A DNA stretch of 61,198 nucleotides from an uncultured Bacilli bacterium (lineage in GTDB: Bacteria; Bacillota_I; Bacilli_A; RF39; UBA660). Both the position numbers and the translations under genes were made by a program. Each line of letters starts with the position of its first letter. Position 1 is the stretch's first letter. Shown here one piece after another: positions 31,009-40,479 of this stretch. Where the stretch lies: assembly GCA_944331715.1 (NCBI GenBank), contig CALVIP010000004.1:1-61198 (forward strand). Reading direction: 5' to 3'. A model generated the notes under the pieces. That model was not told the origin of the DNA. It saw only the letters and a list, made by a program, of their open reading frames with translations, and did no database searches.

Positions 31009-32505
31009 TTAAATCAAGTTATTTCCAGTCATTTCTTCTGGTTTTTCTATATCCATATATTTTAGTATTGTAGGAGCGATATCTCCTAGTTTACCTGTTT
31101 TAATTTCTTTTATATTATGGTCCGTAATAATAAATGGTACAGGGCTAGTGGTGTGAGCAGTTATTACTTCTCCTTTATTGTCTTCCATAATTTCAGAGTT
31201 ACCATGGTCTGCTGTTACAAACATAGTAAAGCCTTTTTCTTTACTTGCTTTATATAGTCTTCCTACATTTTCATTAACAGCTTTAACAGCTTCTACAACT
31301 TTATCAAATTTACCAGTATGTCCTACCATATCACAGTTAGCAAAGTTTAAAATGATTAAATCGTATTTATCCATAACTTCTATTAATTTATCTGTTACTT
31401 CATAAGCACTCATAGCAGGATACATATCATAAGTTGCTACATCTTTTCTTGGTATGATTATTTTATCGGTATTAGGGATATCTTTTTCTTCTCCTCCATC
31501 AAAGAAGTAAGTAACATGAGGATATTTACTAGCTTCTGCTATTCTTAGTATCTTTAATCCTTTTGATGCAGCATATTCTCCTAAAGTATTAGTTAGATGC
31601 ATTGGCGGAAAAGCAGGAGTGGCAATAACAGTATGTTCTGGAGTCATCATGGTAACTAGTTTTACATTTTTAAAATCTACTCTTGGGAACTCTTTAAAGT
31701 CTTTATTAGTTAGAGCAGTGAAAGTTTGAGTAATACGGTCTGGTCTAAAGTTTAGCATTACCATACCATCATTTTCTTTAAGGGTTCCATCTTCTATTAA
31801 TTTAGCAGGTACAATGAATTCATCCATAATATTTTGTTTATAAGAGTCTTCTATATAATTTTTATATGAATCTATTTTTACTCCTTCTCCATGAACTAAT
31901 AAATCATAATACTTCTTAGTAACATCCCACATTCTTTCTCTATCCATAGAATAATATCTTCCAGAAATATCTGCTAGTTTACCAAAGCCTAGTTCATTAA
32001 GCTTATTAGTTAGAGAATCTAGGAAGGTAAGAGCGACGTCTGGAAGAGTATCTCTACCATCAAGAAACGCATGAACATAGACATTATGAAAGTTTTCTTT
32101 TTTACATAAGTCTAACATTGCAAAGAAGTGATTAATATGAGAATGAACTCCTCCATCACTTAATAGTCCAAATAAATGTAGAGATGAATTATTTTCTTTA
32201 CAGTGATTAATTATATCTAGTAAAACTTCATTTTTAAAGAAACTTCCATCTTCTATAGCATGATTAATTTGCATAAGTGGTTGGTCTACAACACGTCCTG
32301 CTCCTATATTTAAATGTCCTACTTCACTGTTACCCATTTGTCCAGCTGGAAGTCCTACTGCTTCACCACTTGCTTCCAAAGTAGTATGAGGGTATTCTTT
32401 CCATAGATTTATTATATTTTCTGGGTTAGCTGCAATAACGGCATTACCTTTCTTCTCTTCTCTATATCCAAAACCATCTATTATTGTTAATAATACTTTT
32501 TTCAT
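31009..32505 (-). CDS. gpmI: 2,3-BPG-independent phosphoglycerate mutase
   Basis: GQMGNSEVGH, DGGVHSH, DMVGHTG, TADHGN. Confidence 0.97.
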   Translation of the reverse strand: MKKVLLTIIDGFGYREEKKGNAVIAANPENIINLWKEYPHTTLEASGEAVGLPAGQMGNSEVGHLNIGAGRVVDQPLMQINHAIEDGSFFKNEVLLDIINHCKENNSSLHLFGLLSDGGVHSHINHFFAMLDLCKKENFHNVYVHAFLDGRDTLPDVALTFLDSLTNKLNELGFGKLADISGRYYSMDRERMWDVTKKYYDLLVHGEGVKIDSYKNYIEDSYKQNIMDEFIVPAKLIEDGTLKENDGMVMLNFRPDRITQTFTALTNKDFKEFPRVDFKNVKLVTMMTPEHTVIATPAFPPMHLTNTLGEYAASKGLKILRIAEASKYPHVTYFFDGGEEKDIPNTDKIIIPRKDVATYDMYPAMSAYEVTDKLIEVMDKYDLIILNFANCDMVGHTGKFDKVVEAVKAVNENVGRLYKASKEKGFTMFVTADHGNSEIMEDNKGEVITAHTTSPVPFIITDHNIKEIKTGKLGDIAPTILKYMDIEKPEEMTGNNLI

Positions 32506-32517
32506 TTTACACTCTCC

Positions 32518-33795
32518 TTAATATAATTGTTCATTTAAACAGAATATAGCATATATAGGTAGATACCTAACATTTTTCTTTGTTGAAAAGTTACTTTCTG
32601 TAATACGATAGGCATCTGTTACAATATATTTTTTCATAAAGACTGATAGACTCTTTACTTTAGAACCTTGTTTAGTTGCAAGTTCTATAGGAATAATCTT
32701 ACCCATTCTATTTTGAATAACAAAGTTTACTTCTGCTTTTCCTTCTGACTGATAATAGTATAGGGAATAACCTGCTTCTACTAAAGTATGAGCGATATGA
32801 TTTTCATATAAGGCTTGTTTAATATTATCATCTACTCTTAGTCTATCTTTAGTTAAGTTATATCTCATACTTAAAAGTCCATCATCTGGTAGATATAGTT
32901 TAAAACTATCAAGTTCTCTACAACTAGATAAAGGAGACTTTGCTACTCTTATTTTGTATGAACGATAAACTAATTGATTAATTACTAAAAAGTTAATTGA
33001 GTTCTCATACTCTTTAGCTCTTCTACCATAACCTAATACACCATATTGAAACTTTTTATTATCTTTTTCTAGTTGTTTAGGAATACTTTCCATAACTTCG
33101 ATACCACGTTCTATATCTATTAAGTTTTTACTATTTAATAGTTCACTTTTATTTATATCAAAGACTCTTTCTTTAATACTATCAAGATATCCATAATGTT
33201 TTTTAGTAGCAAAGGCATCTACTACTTCAGGAAGTCCTCCTGTTATTAAATAGCCATAAAAGAAATCTAAAGCTTTAGTATGAACACTACAACTTCTATG
33301 ATTATCATAAGCATATCTTATTTTATCTGCTGTTTCTTTTTCTCCAATAGCCCACAAGAATTCTTCATAGTCCATTTCTGTCATTATTTTATATTGAAAT
33401 TCTTCTCCTCTAAACTTTAATAGAGAATCTCTACTTGATGTAATAGCGATAACATGATAATCATTCTTATCATAACCAAATAGTTTTATTCCTTTAATTA
33501 TCTCTTCATCTGTAACATTATCAAAGATTATTAAGGTATCATTTTTAACAATAGGAACTTCTGATATTATACTTAAAGCTTCTGCTAATCTTGTAATAGA
33601 TCTTTCTTTTTTAAATAAGTCTTTTATAATTGTGTTATGGTCAGTATTAAAGTAAGCGACATACTGATAGTTTTGTTTACCAAAGTCTAAGGCTGTATAA
33701 GTCTTACCTACTTGTCTTGTTCCAATGATTAATAATGGTTTTCTTATTAAGTCTGTTTTCCATTTCAATAAAAATTTATTAATTTTTCGTTCCAT
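32518..33795 (-). CDS. AAA_14 ATPase / DUF4143 family protein with degenerate catalytic sites
   Basis: GTRQVGKT Walker A, YLITGGLPEVV, FKLYLPD, AEVNFVI, IPIELAT. Confidence 0.8.
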   Translation of the reverse strand: MERKINKFLLKWKTDLIRKPLLIIGTRQVGKTYTALDFGKQNYQYVAYFNTDHNTIIKDLFKKERSITRLAEALSIISEVPIVKNDTLIIFDNVTDEEIIKGIKLFGYDKNDYHVIAITSSRDSLLKFRGEEFQYKIMTEMDYEEFLWAIGEKETADKIRYAYDNHRSCSVHTKALDFFYGYLITGGLPEVVDAFATKKHYGYLDSIKERVFDINKSELLNSKNLIDIERGIEVMESIPKQLEKDNKKFQYGVLGYGRRAKEYENSINFLVINQLVYRSYKIRVAKSPLSSCRELDSFKLYLPDDGLLSMRYNLTKDRLRVDDNIKQALYENHIAHTLVEAGYSLYYYQSEGKAEVNFVIQNRMGKIIPIELATKQGSKVKSLSVFMKKYIVTDAYRITESNFSTKKNVRYLPIYAIFCLNEQLY

Positions 33796-33905
33796 TTAGT
33801 GTAGTCACCTCCCACATCTTCTAATATAAGTATATATTTATTCTTTTGTTTAGTCAATATTTTTGCAAAATAAAAAGACTACTACTGCTCGTCTTAATAA
33901 TATTA

Positions 33906-34682
33906 TTACTGCCTAATTGCATCTTGATGAAATTCAAGACGAAGTTTATCTGCGACTGTGACAATAAATTCTGAATTAGTTGGTTTTGCTTTATCAATAT
34001 CAACACTATGTCCAAAGATTTCTTCCATTAACTGCCAATTACCTCTATTCCAACTTACTTCAATAGCATGTCTTATAGCACGTTCTACACGAGAGACTGT
34101 TGTATCAAATTTCTCTGCTATATCAGGATATAGTTCTTTAGTAATTCCACCTATTACTTCAGGATGTTCATAAAGGACTGTTATACCTTCTCTTATATAT
34201 TGATATCCTTTAATATGAGATGGTACACCTAACTCATGTAATATCTTTGTTATTGATACTTGTAAGTTATTATATTTCATATCAATAGTTTTCTTATCAT
34301 AATCATTCTTACTACTACACTCTAATATTCTTTTCTCTAGTTCTGTTAATTCAAAAGGTTTCAATATAAAGTAACTAATACCTAATTCACTAGCTTCTCT
34401 TATAACTTCTTGAGTATTAAATGAAGTTAATACTATTACTTTCTTATCTAGTTTCTTTTCTCTCATATCTTTTAGAACACTCATACCATCTTTATTAGGC
34501 ATAATTAGGTCAAGAACAATTACGTCATACTCATCTTGGTTATTTTCTATTAAGTTTAATCCTTCTATTCCATCGTTTGCAGTTAAAGTGACATCTATTT
34601 CTTTATTATCTTTAAAGTACTCCTTCACCATTTTAACTAGTTCAATATTATCATCAATCATTAATACGTTGGTCTTTTTCAT
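33906..34682 (-). CDS. spo0A: Sporulation master regulator Spo0A
   Basis: Receiver domain (LDLIMP) plus [44 protein letters not shown]. Confidence 0.97.
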   Translation of the reverse strand: MKKTNVLMIDDNIELVKMVKEYFKDNKEIDVTLTANDGIEGLNLIENNQDEYDVIVLDLIMPNKDGMSVLKDMREKKLDKKVIVLTSFNTQEVIREASELGISYFILKPFELTELEKRILECSSKNDYDKKTIDMKYNNLQVSITKILHELGVPSHIKGYQYIREGITVLYEHPEVIGGITKELYPDIAEKFDTTVSRVERAIRHAIEVSWNRGNWQLMEEIFGHSVDIDKAKPTNSEFIVTVADKLRLEFHQDAIRQ

Positions 34683-34762
34683 TTTCTCTCCTTCCATATA
34701 CTACCACGCATCTTAATTATATAACAGAAAGATAAATAGTTAAAGAGTAAAAAAAGAGAGAA

Positions 34763-34773
34763 TTTGTCGAAAA
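34763..34773 (+). promoter_or_regulatory. Spo0A box upstream of spo0A
   Basis: TTTGTCGAAAA contains a perfect TGTCGAA, about 80 bp upstream of the spo0A start. Confidence 0.75.
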
Positions 34774-34784
34774 AGAAAAAAGTT

Positions 34785-35318
34785 TTAATCTTTAATAGAT
34801 AAAACTTTGTGTTTAGGCAATTCCAGTTTAGGAACTGAAGCTATCACTTCAAAGGCTACATCAAATACACCTTCTGGTTCTATTTTTTCAAAACTATAAT
34901 TATCATTTTTTGCAAAAGCTTCTATATAGGAAAGCCTTAAAAACCATTTATCAGCCTCATTCTTTCCTGTAAAATAATATATTGGATCATTTTCTATATT
35001 TATGTGGTCAAAATAATTGTCACTATTAAGAATACTAAACGTATTGTTAAATGGTATTTTATTAAAAAGCTCAGTAGTTAATTCATCATTATCTTTTTCT
35101 ACTATTTTACCACAGTCTTGAATAGTAAATAAGTCCATATTTAATGTTAGTCGCTCATTAGCTTTTTTAGTTAGGTATGAAATAACGTATTCAGTATAAT
35201 ATCTAGCACTACTTTCTCTTATAAACTTTTCTATTCTCATTGTTTCTATTTCAAATTGCTTTTGGTATTCTTTAATTGCTTCTTCCCTTATCTTTATTAA
35301 TTCTTCTAAATTTGGCAT
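34785..35318 (-). CDS. Hypothetical protein
   Basis: 177-aa ORF with AAGGAAG RBS; no motif recognised. Confidence 0.7.
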   Translation of the reverse strand: MPNLEELIKIREEAIKEYQKQFEIETMRIEKFIRESSARYYTEYVISYLTKKANERLTLNMDLFTIQDCGKIVEKDNDELTTELFNKIPFNNTFSILNSDNYFDHINIENDPIYYFTGKNEADKWFLRLSYIEAFAKNDNYSFEKIEPEGVFDVAFEVIASVPKLELPKHKVLSIKD

Positions 35319-35338
35319 AATATCACTTCCTTAGCTTA

Positions 35339-36040
35339 CTATTGTAACTTATCAAGAAACTCTTGTAAAGAAGAAAGTTTTAAAGATATTCCTCCTAATA
35401 GAAAGCCATCTATATTTTTAACTTGTTTTAATTCATCAATATTCTTTTCATTAGCACTACCACCGTATAACACTTTCTTATGATATGTTTCTTTTAACAT
35501 AGTAGTTACTTTTTCGATATCGTCATTAGTTGGAACAATACCTGTACCTATTGCAAAAATAGGTTCATAGGCAATAATAAAGTCTTTAGATTTATCTATA
35601 TCACTTAGTAGATAGTCCATATCTTTTTTTATTTTATCAACATAAGTACCACTTTCATGTTCTTCTAAAGTGTCTCCTATACAGATAATTGGTATTAAGT
35701 CATTAGAAAAAGCTTGTTCTAATTTTTGTTTACTAATATCAAGATTTTCATTCATCTTAGTAGTTCTTTCACTATGATTAATTAATGTATAAGTAGCCCC
35801 TAATGATTTAATGGCTTTTGCAGTAACTTCTCCTGTATAAGCCCCCATTGTTTTACTACTTACATCTTCTGAAGCATATGTTATGGTATCTGGTATTAAT
35901 GGTAAGTAACAGACACTAGGTATTAGAATCATTTCATGATTATAGGTATTTAAGTTTTTATAATCTTCTAAGTACTTTAGTATCTCATCTTTCGTAAAAT
36001 TACTCTTGTGATTTAAGGCTACTATCATTTTTCTTTCCAT
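35339..36040 (-). CDS. tpiA: Triosephosphate isomerase (divergent)
   Basis: NHK, GAYTGEV, HSER, AYEPIFAIGTG, LYGGS. Confidence 0.93.
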   Translation of the reverse strand: MERKMIVALNHKSNFTKDEILKYLEDYKNLNTYNHEMILIPSVCYLPLIPDTITYASEDVSSKTMGAYTGEVTAKAIKSLGATYTLINHSERTTKMNENLDISKQKLEQAFSNDLIPIICIGDTLEEHESGTYVDKIKKDMDYLLSDIDKSKDFIIAYEPIFAIGTGIVPTNDDIEKVTTMLKETYHKKVLYGGSANEKNIDELKQVKNIDGFLLGGISLKLSSLQEFLDKLQ

Positions 36041-37277
36041 CCTTCCATTTATTTTTTATTTTTTCCACAAGTCTTGTTGATAAAGCTTGTTTCTTATTGT
36101 GTTTTGTTATCGCTACTTTATAAACTTCTAAGACAGAGTCAGCAAAGCTTGATAAAGAATATTTCTTAACAGATCCTTCGGCTTTATCTGTTAAATTATC
36201 AAGTTCTAATTTATTAGTAGATAACTCTTCTACTATTTCTAAGCATTCTTTTTCATCTTTAAAGATACAGCCATTAAAGTTATCAACAACTGCACTCTTA
36301 AAGGCATCATCATCAATACATATTACTGGTAAGGATGCTGCTAAGGCTTCTATTACTGTTAACCCCTGTGTTTCTGTAGTTGATGCTGTTATAAAAGCAT
36401 TAGAGACATGATAATAGTTTGGCATATCAATCCAAGCAACTTTACCTGTAAACTTTATTCTATCTTCAAGGCCTCTTTCTTTAACTTCTTTTTTATAATT
36501 CTCTTCATCTGGACCATAGCCTACTACTAATAGTTTGATATTCTTATTTTTAGTCTTTTCTATAATATCAAAAAGAAAAGTAACATTTTTCTCTTGAGCA
36601 AGTCTTCCTACAAATAACATGACAAAGTCTTTTCTTTTATATCCTAAATAACGTCTTAAACGGGTTACTTTTAGTTTGTCGCTATTTTCTTTATAAAACC
36701 TTGAAGCATCTAATCCTGTAGGTACTATATATATATCTTTGTCATAATGATATTCATCTCTAAATAAGTGATATGTCTTTACAGTTGGAACGATAAAAGC
36801 ATCTGCTGTGTTATCACAATAGAATTTACTTATATATTCAACGGCTTTTTTACATCCCATATCAAAGAATTTAATATTTCTTGAAACATACCAAGTATAG
36901 TCTTTATACATTGTATGATAAGTGTGTACTAACGGTATATTATATTGTTTAGCGAATAGTCTTGCAAATATTCCCATACTAAGTTCAGTGTGAGAATGAA
37001 TTAAATTTAAGTTCCAAGATTTAATTAGATTAATTACTTTTAAAGGATAAATACTAGACATTCTATAATCATAAATTCCTAAAGGAATACCGGGAATTTT
37101 TAGTATTCTTTCTTTTTCATTATAGTCATAGGTCTTACTATCCTGTCCTACGGTAACTATGTAGACTGTATGACCTTTCTGTTCAAGAGCTTTTTTTAGT
37201 GTTTCAACACTAGTTACTACTCCATTAACAGAAGGTACATAAGCATCTGTAAATAGACCTATATGCATTCCAGTCAT
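36000..37277 (-). CDS. GT4 glycosyltransferase, diacylglycerol glucosyltransferase-like
   Basis: IGLFTDAY.P.VNGV, HTYHTMY, VGRLAQEKN, ETQGLTVIEALA. Confidence 0.88.
   Translation of the reverse strand: MTGMHIGLFTDAYVPSVNGVVTSVETLKKALEQKGHTVYIVTVGQDSKTYDYNEKERILKIPGIPLGIYDYRMSSIYPLKVINLIKSWNLNLIHSHTELSMGIFARLFAKQYNIPLVHTYHTMYKDYTWYVSRNIKFFDMGCKKAVEYISKFYCDNTADAFIVPTVKTYHLFRDEYHYDKDIYIVPTGLDASRFYKENSDKLKVTRLRRYLGYKRKDFVMLFVGRLAQEKNVTFLFDIIEKTKNKNIKLLVVGYGPDEENYKKEVKERGLEDRIKFTGKVAWIDMPNYYHVSNAFITASTTETQGLTVIEALAASLPVICIDDDAFKSAVVDNFNGCIFKDEKECLEIVEELSTNKLELDNLTDKAEGSVKKYSLSSFADSVLEVYKVAITKHNKKQALSTRLVEKIKNKWKDGKKNDSSLKSQE
36061..36083. promoter_or_regulatory. Inverted DnaA-box-like pair, copy 3
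   Basis: TTTTCCACA-AGTCT-TGTTGATAA, 20 bp upstream of the tpiA start. Confidence 0.45.
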
Positions 37278-37301
37278 AAATCTCCCTCCTTTAGTAATAT
37301 T

Positions 37302-38480
37302 TTATTTTTCAGGTATATTTTTTAGTCCTGGTAGTTCTTTTCCTTCAAGATATTCTAGAGTTGCTCCTCCCCCTGTTGAGATATGATATAGTTTATCTGT
37401 TACATTACAAGATGAAGCGGCTGCGACTATATCTCCTCCACCAAGGACTGTTTTAGCATTAATTTCTGTTAAGTAAGTTAGAACATCATTTGTACCTTTA
37501 ACATAGTTTTTAAACTCATATACACCTAGTGGTCCATTCCACATAACTGTTTTAGCATTACTTAAGTTATTCTTAAAGATATTAACAGTATTAGGACCAA
37601 TATCTAAGCCCATCTCACTATCAGTTAGTTCTGTTATATCTTTAACAGTTCCTTCAGTATCCTCATACTTGTTATTACAAACAACATCTACTGGTAATAT
37701 TATTTTATTTTCATTTTCTTTTAATATTTTTTTACAGAAATCAAGGGACTCTTCATCTAATAGAGAATTACCAATATTATAACCTTCTGCTTTTAAGAAA
37801 GTAAAAGCCATACCTCCTCCAATTAGAATCTTATCACATTTAGGAAGTAAATTCTCAATTAGTCCTATCTTATCACTAACTTTAGCGCCTCCTAATATTA
37901 TCATAAATGGTCTATCAGGATTAAAAAGATAAGATAAAGCATTTAATTCTTTTTCGACAAGTAGTCCTACACAACTTGGTAAGTATGTACTTATACCAAC
38001 ATTTGAAGCATGAGCACGATGTAGAGTACCAAAGGCATCGTTAATGAAGAACTCTCCTAAACTTGCCCAGTATTTAGCAAGTTCCATATCACAACCACTT
38101 TCTTTTTTACCATCTAAATCTTCATAACGAGTATTTTGCATTAGAACAATATCTCCATCTTTCATATTAGAAGTAGCTTGTTCTAGTTCTTCTCCTCTTG
38201 TAGAATTTACAAAAGTTACATTTTTATCTAGTAGTTCACTAAGTCTAGTTGCAACAACACTCAAATCATTCTTAGTTTTATCTTCTTCTGTTTTTACACG
38301 TCCTAAGTGAGACATTAAAATTATTTTAGCATTATGTTCTAGGCAATATTTAATAGTAGGTAGGCTCTTTACTATTCTTGTGTCATCAGTAATCTTTCCT
38401 TCTTTTATAGGTACATTAAAATCACATCTAATTATTACCTTTTTATTATCAATATTTAAATCTTTTACTGTTTTCTTCAT
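37302..38480 (-). CDS. pgk: Phosphoglycerate kinase
   Basis: RCDFNVP, SHLGR, NDAFGTLHRAH, STGGGA. Confidence 0.98.
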   Translation of the reverse strand: MKKTVKDLNIDNKKVIIRCDFNVPIKEGKITDDTRIVKSLPTIKYCLEHNAKIILMSHLGRVKTEEDKTKNDLSVVATRLSELLDKNVTFVNSTRGEELEQATSNMKDGDIVLMQNTRYEDLDGKKESGCDMELAKYWASLGEFFINDAFGTLHRAHASNVGISTYLPSCVGLLVEKELNALSYLFNPDRPFMIILGGAKVSDKIGLIENLLPKCDKILIGGGMAFTFLKAEGYNIGNSLLDEESLDFCKKILKENENKIILPVDVVCNNKYEDTEGTVKDITELTDSEMGLDIGPNTVNIFKNNLSNAKTVMWNGPLGVYEFKNYVKGTNDVLTYLTEINAKTVLGGGDIVAAASSCNVTDKLYHISTGGGATLEYLEGKELPGLKNIPEK

Positions 38481-38586
38481 ATATATAATCCTCCTAATAA
38501 TATTGTAGTATTTTTCTTGTTTTTTTTCAATGTTTCTTACATTTATAACAGTATTGTAATGTCAAAAGAAAAAGAGCTTCATGCTC

Positions 38587-39591
38587 TTATAGATTTGCAA
38601 CGTATTTTGCTACTCTTACGTACTGTGCAGTATAACTCATTTCATTATCATACCAAGCTACTACTTTAACTAGTTGTTCTCCATCTACTTCACTAATTGA
38701 TGTAAGTAGACTATCAACTAAACTACCATAATGCATTCCTATTGTATCACTTGATACGATTGGATCAGTTGTATATCCTAGAGTTTCATTAGTATTATTT
38801 TTTAATACTTCATTGATTTCTTCAACTGTAGTATTTTTATTAAGTTTTAATACTAAATCAACAACTGAACCTGTAGTTACAGGAACTCTCATTGCTGCTC
38901 CTTCCATCTTTCCTTCAAGGTTAGGTAATACTTTACCGATAGCAGAAGCTGCTCCAGTTGATGCTGGAACGATATTAGCAGCACTTGCTCTACCACGACG
39001 AGCTTTTATTCCTTTTTTATGAGCAACATCTAGTGTAGCTTGGTCATTTGTATAAGCATGTACTGTTGTCATATATCCTTGTTTAATACCAAAGTTATCA
39101 TCTAATACTTTTAGAACAGGTGCAAGACAGTTAGTAGTACAACTAGCAGCAGAGATAATCTTCTCACTTCCATCTAGTATGTCATGATTAACATTATAGA
39201 CAATAGTTTTAACATCTCCTTTAGCAGGTGCAGATATAATAACTTTTTTAGCACCAGCATTAATATGAGCCATAGCTTTCTCATCACTTGTAAATTTACC
39301 AGTACATTCTAGTACAATATCAATATCTAAATCTTTCCATGGTAATAGATTAGGATCTGTTTCAGCATATACTTTAATCTTCTTATCTCCTACTACAATA
39401 TTATCTCCTTCAAAAGATATTTCATTTTCTTTATATCTTCTATGTGAAGTATCATATTTAAGTAAGTAAGCAAGTTGTTCTGCATCTGTTAAATCATTAA
39501 TAGCTACTACTTCCATTTCTGGATCTTCATCTAATAATCTAAATGCTAACCTTCCTATTCTTCCAAACCCATTAATTGCAACTTTTTTCAT
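38587..39591 (-). CDS. gap: Glyceraldehyde-3-phosphate dehydrogenase type I
   Basis: [26 protein letters not shown]; ATG at 39591. Confidence 0.98.
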   Translation of the reverse strand: MKKVAINGFGRIGRLAFRLLDEDPEMEVVAINDLTDAEQLAYLLKYDTSHRRYKENEISFEGDNIVVGDKKIKVYAETDPNLLPWKDLDIDIVLECTGKFTSDEKAMAHINAGAKKVIISAPAKGDVKTIVYNVNHDILDGSEKIISAASCTTNCLAPVLKVLDDNFGIKQGYMTTVHAYTNDQATLDVAHKKGIKARRGRASAANIVPASTGAASAIGKVLPNLEGKMEGAAMRVPVTTGSVVDLVLKLNKNTTVEEINEVLKNNTNETLGYTTDPIVSSDTIGMHYGSLVDSLLTSISEVDGEQLVKVVAWYDNEMSYTAQYVRVAKYVANL

Positions 39592-39595
39592 ATTC

Positions 39596-39781
39596 TTATT
39601 CCTCCTCTTCATCACTTGGTACAAACATACCATCTTCTTTTTCCACAGTTTTTACTGGGGAATCTTTTTCTATTCCATTATTGTAGGCTAAAACCATAAC
39701 TGCTATAAGTACAATGATAAAGATACCTATAAATATTAGCATTGTACTCATACCAAAACCTTTATTATTAAGTTTAACCAT
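39596..39781 (-). CDS. Small single-TM protein with prepilin-like N-terminus
   Basis: MVKLNNKGF followed by a hydrophobic helix; AAGGTG RBS. Confidence 0.7.
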   Translation of the reverse strand: MVKLNNKGFGMSTMLIFIGIFIIVLIAVMVLAYNNGIEKDSPVKTVEKEDGMFVPSDEEEE

Positions 39782-39796
39782 TTTATCACCTTCTTA

Positions 39797-40399
39797 TTAA
39801 ATTATTTCAACGGCAGCGAATTTATTGATGATTTCTTGATATATTTGATACCAAGAATATACTCTAATAACATTTTTGCCTGTACAATCCTGATTGTATG
39901 GGGCATCAAAAACCATAACGGGAATTATTTTAGAAATATCATTAACATTGCTAGCTTTATCTTCAATCATTAAATCAAGTCCTATACTTAAGCATTTTTC
40001 TCTTTTATTACTTGTATTAATTACTAGCTCATCATATTCAACATTATACTTATTTAACCAAGCTTTAACATAGTAATCTATCATACCACTATATTGATGA
40101 GTTAAATACTGATTATCACGTGCTGATAATATTATTATTTTGTGTCCATCTTTACGTAGTTTATGAATAACTTCACTAGCATAAGGTCTTATTGGAATGG
40201 CGATTAATAAATCAAAGATATATTGCCGCCAAAACTCTATGTTCTCTTCACTTGTTAAGTGGAATTGATCTTCCATATAATAACCTTTAGGATTAAAGCC
40301 TCGGTTTATATTTTGTTCTAAACAAAACTTAGAGCCACAGGCAAAATGCCACTCTGCTACATCGTTTAATACGCCATCTAAATCAACACCTATACGCAT
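39797..40399 (-). CDS. HAD-family 5'(3')-deoxyribonucleotidase-like protein
   Basis: IGVDLDGV, ILSAR, MIEDK, DAPYN, RVYSW. Confidence 0.85.
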   Translation of the reverse strand: MRIGVDLDGVLNDVAEWHFACGSKFCLEQNINRGFNPKGYYMEDQFHLTSEENIEFWRQYIFDLLIAIPIRPYASEVIHKLRKDGHKIIILSARDNQYLTHQYSGMIDYYVKAWLNKYNVEYDELVINTSNKREKCLSIGLDLMIEDKASNVNDISKIIPVMVFDAPYNQDCTGKNVIRVYSWYQIYQEIINKFAAVEII

Positions 40400-40440
40400 T
40401 TTAACCAATCCCTTCTTATATCATTGTAACAAAATACATA

Positions 40441-40479
40441 AAAAAAAGGAATAGTGTTTATAAAATTTGACACTATTCC
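40441..40479 (-). terminator. rpoC terminator
   Basis: GGAATAGTGT/ACACTATTCC stem plus U-tract on the minus strand. Confidence 0.7.

Noticed and set aside
39639-39647. Single TTTTCCACA
   Set aside because: No inverted partner at 5 bp and it lies in coding sequence; not counted in the dyad set.
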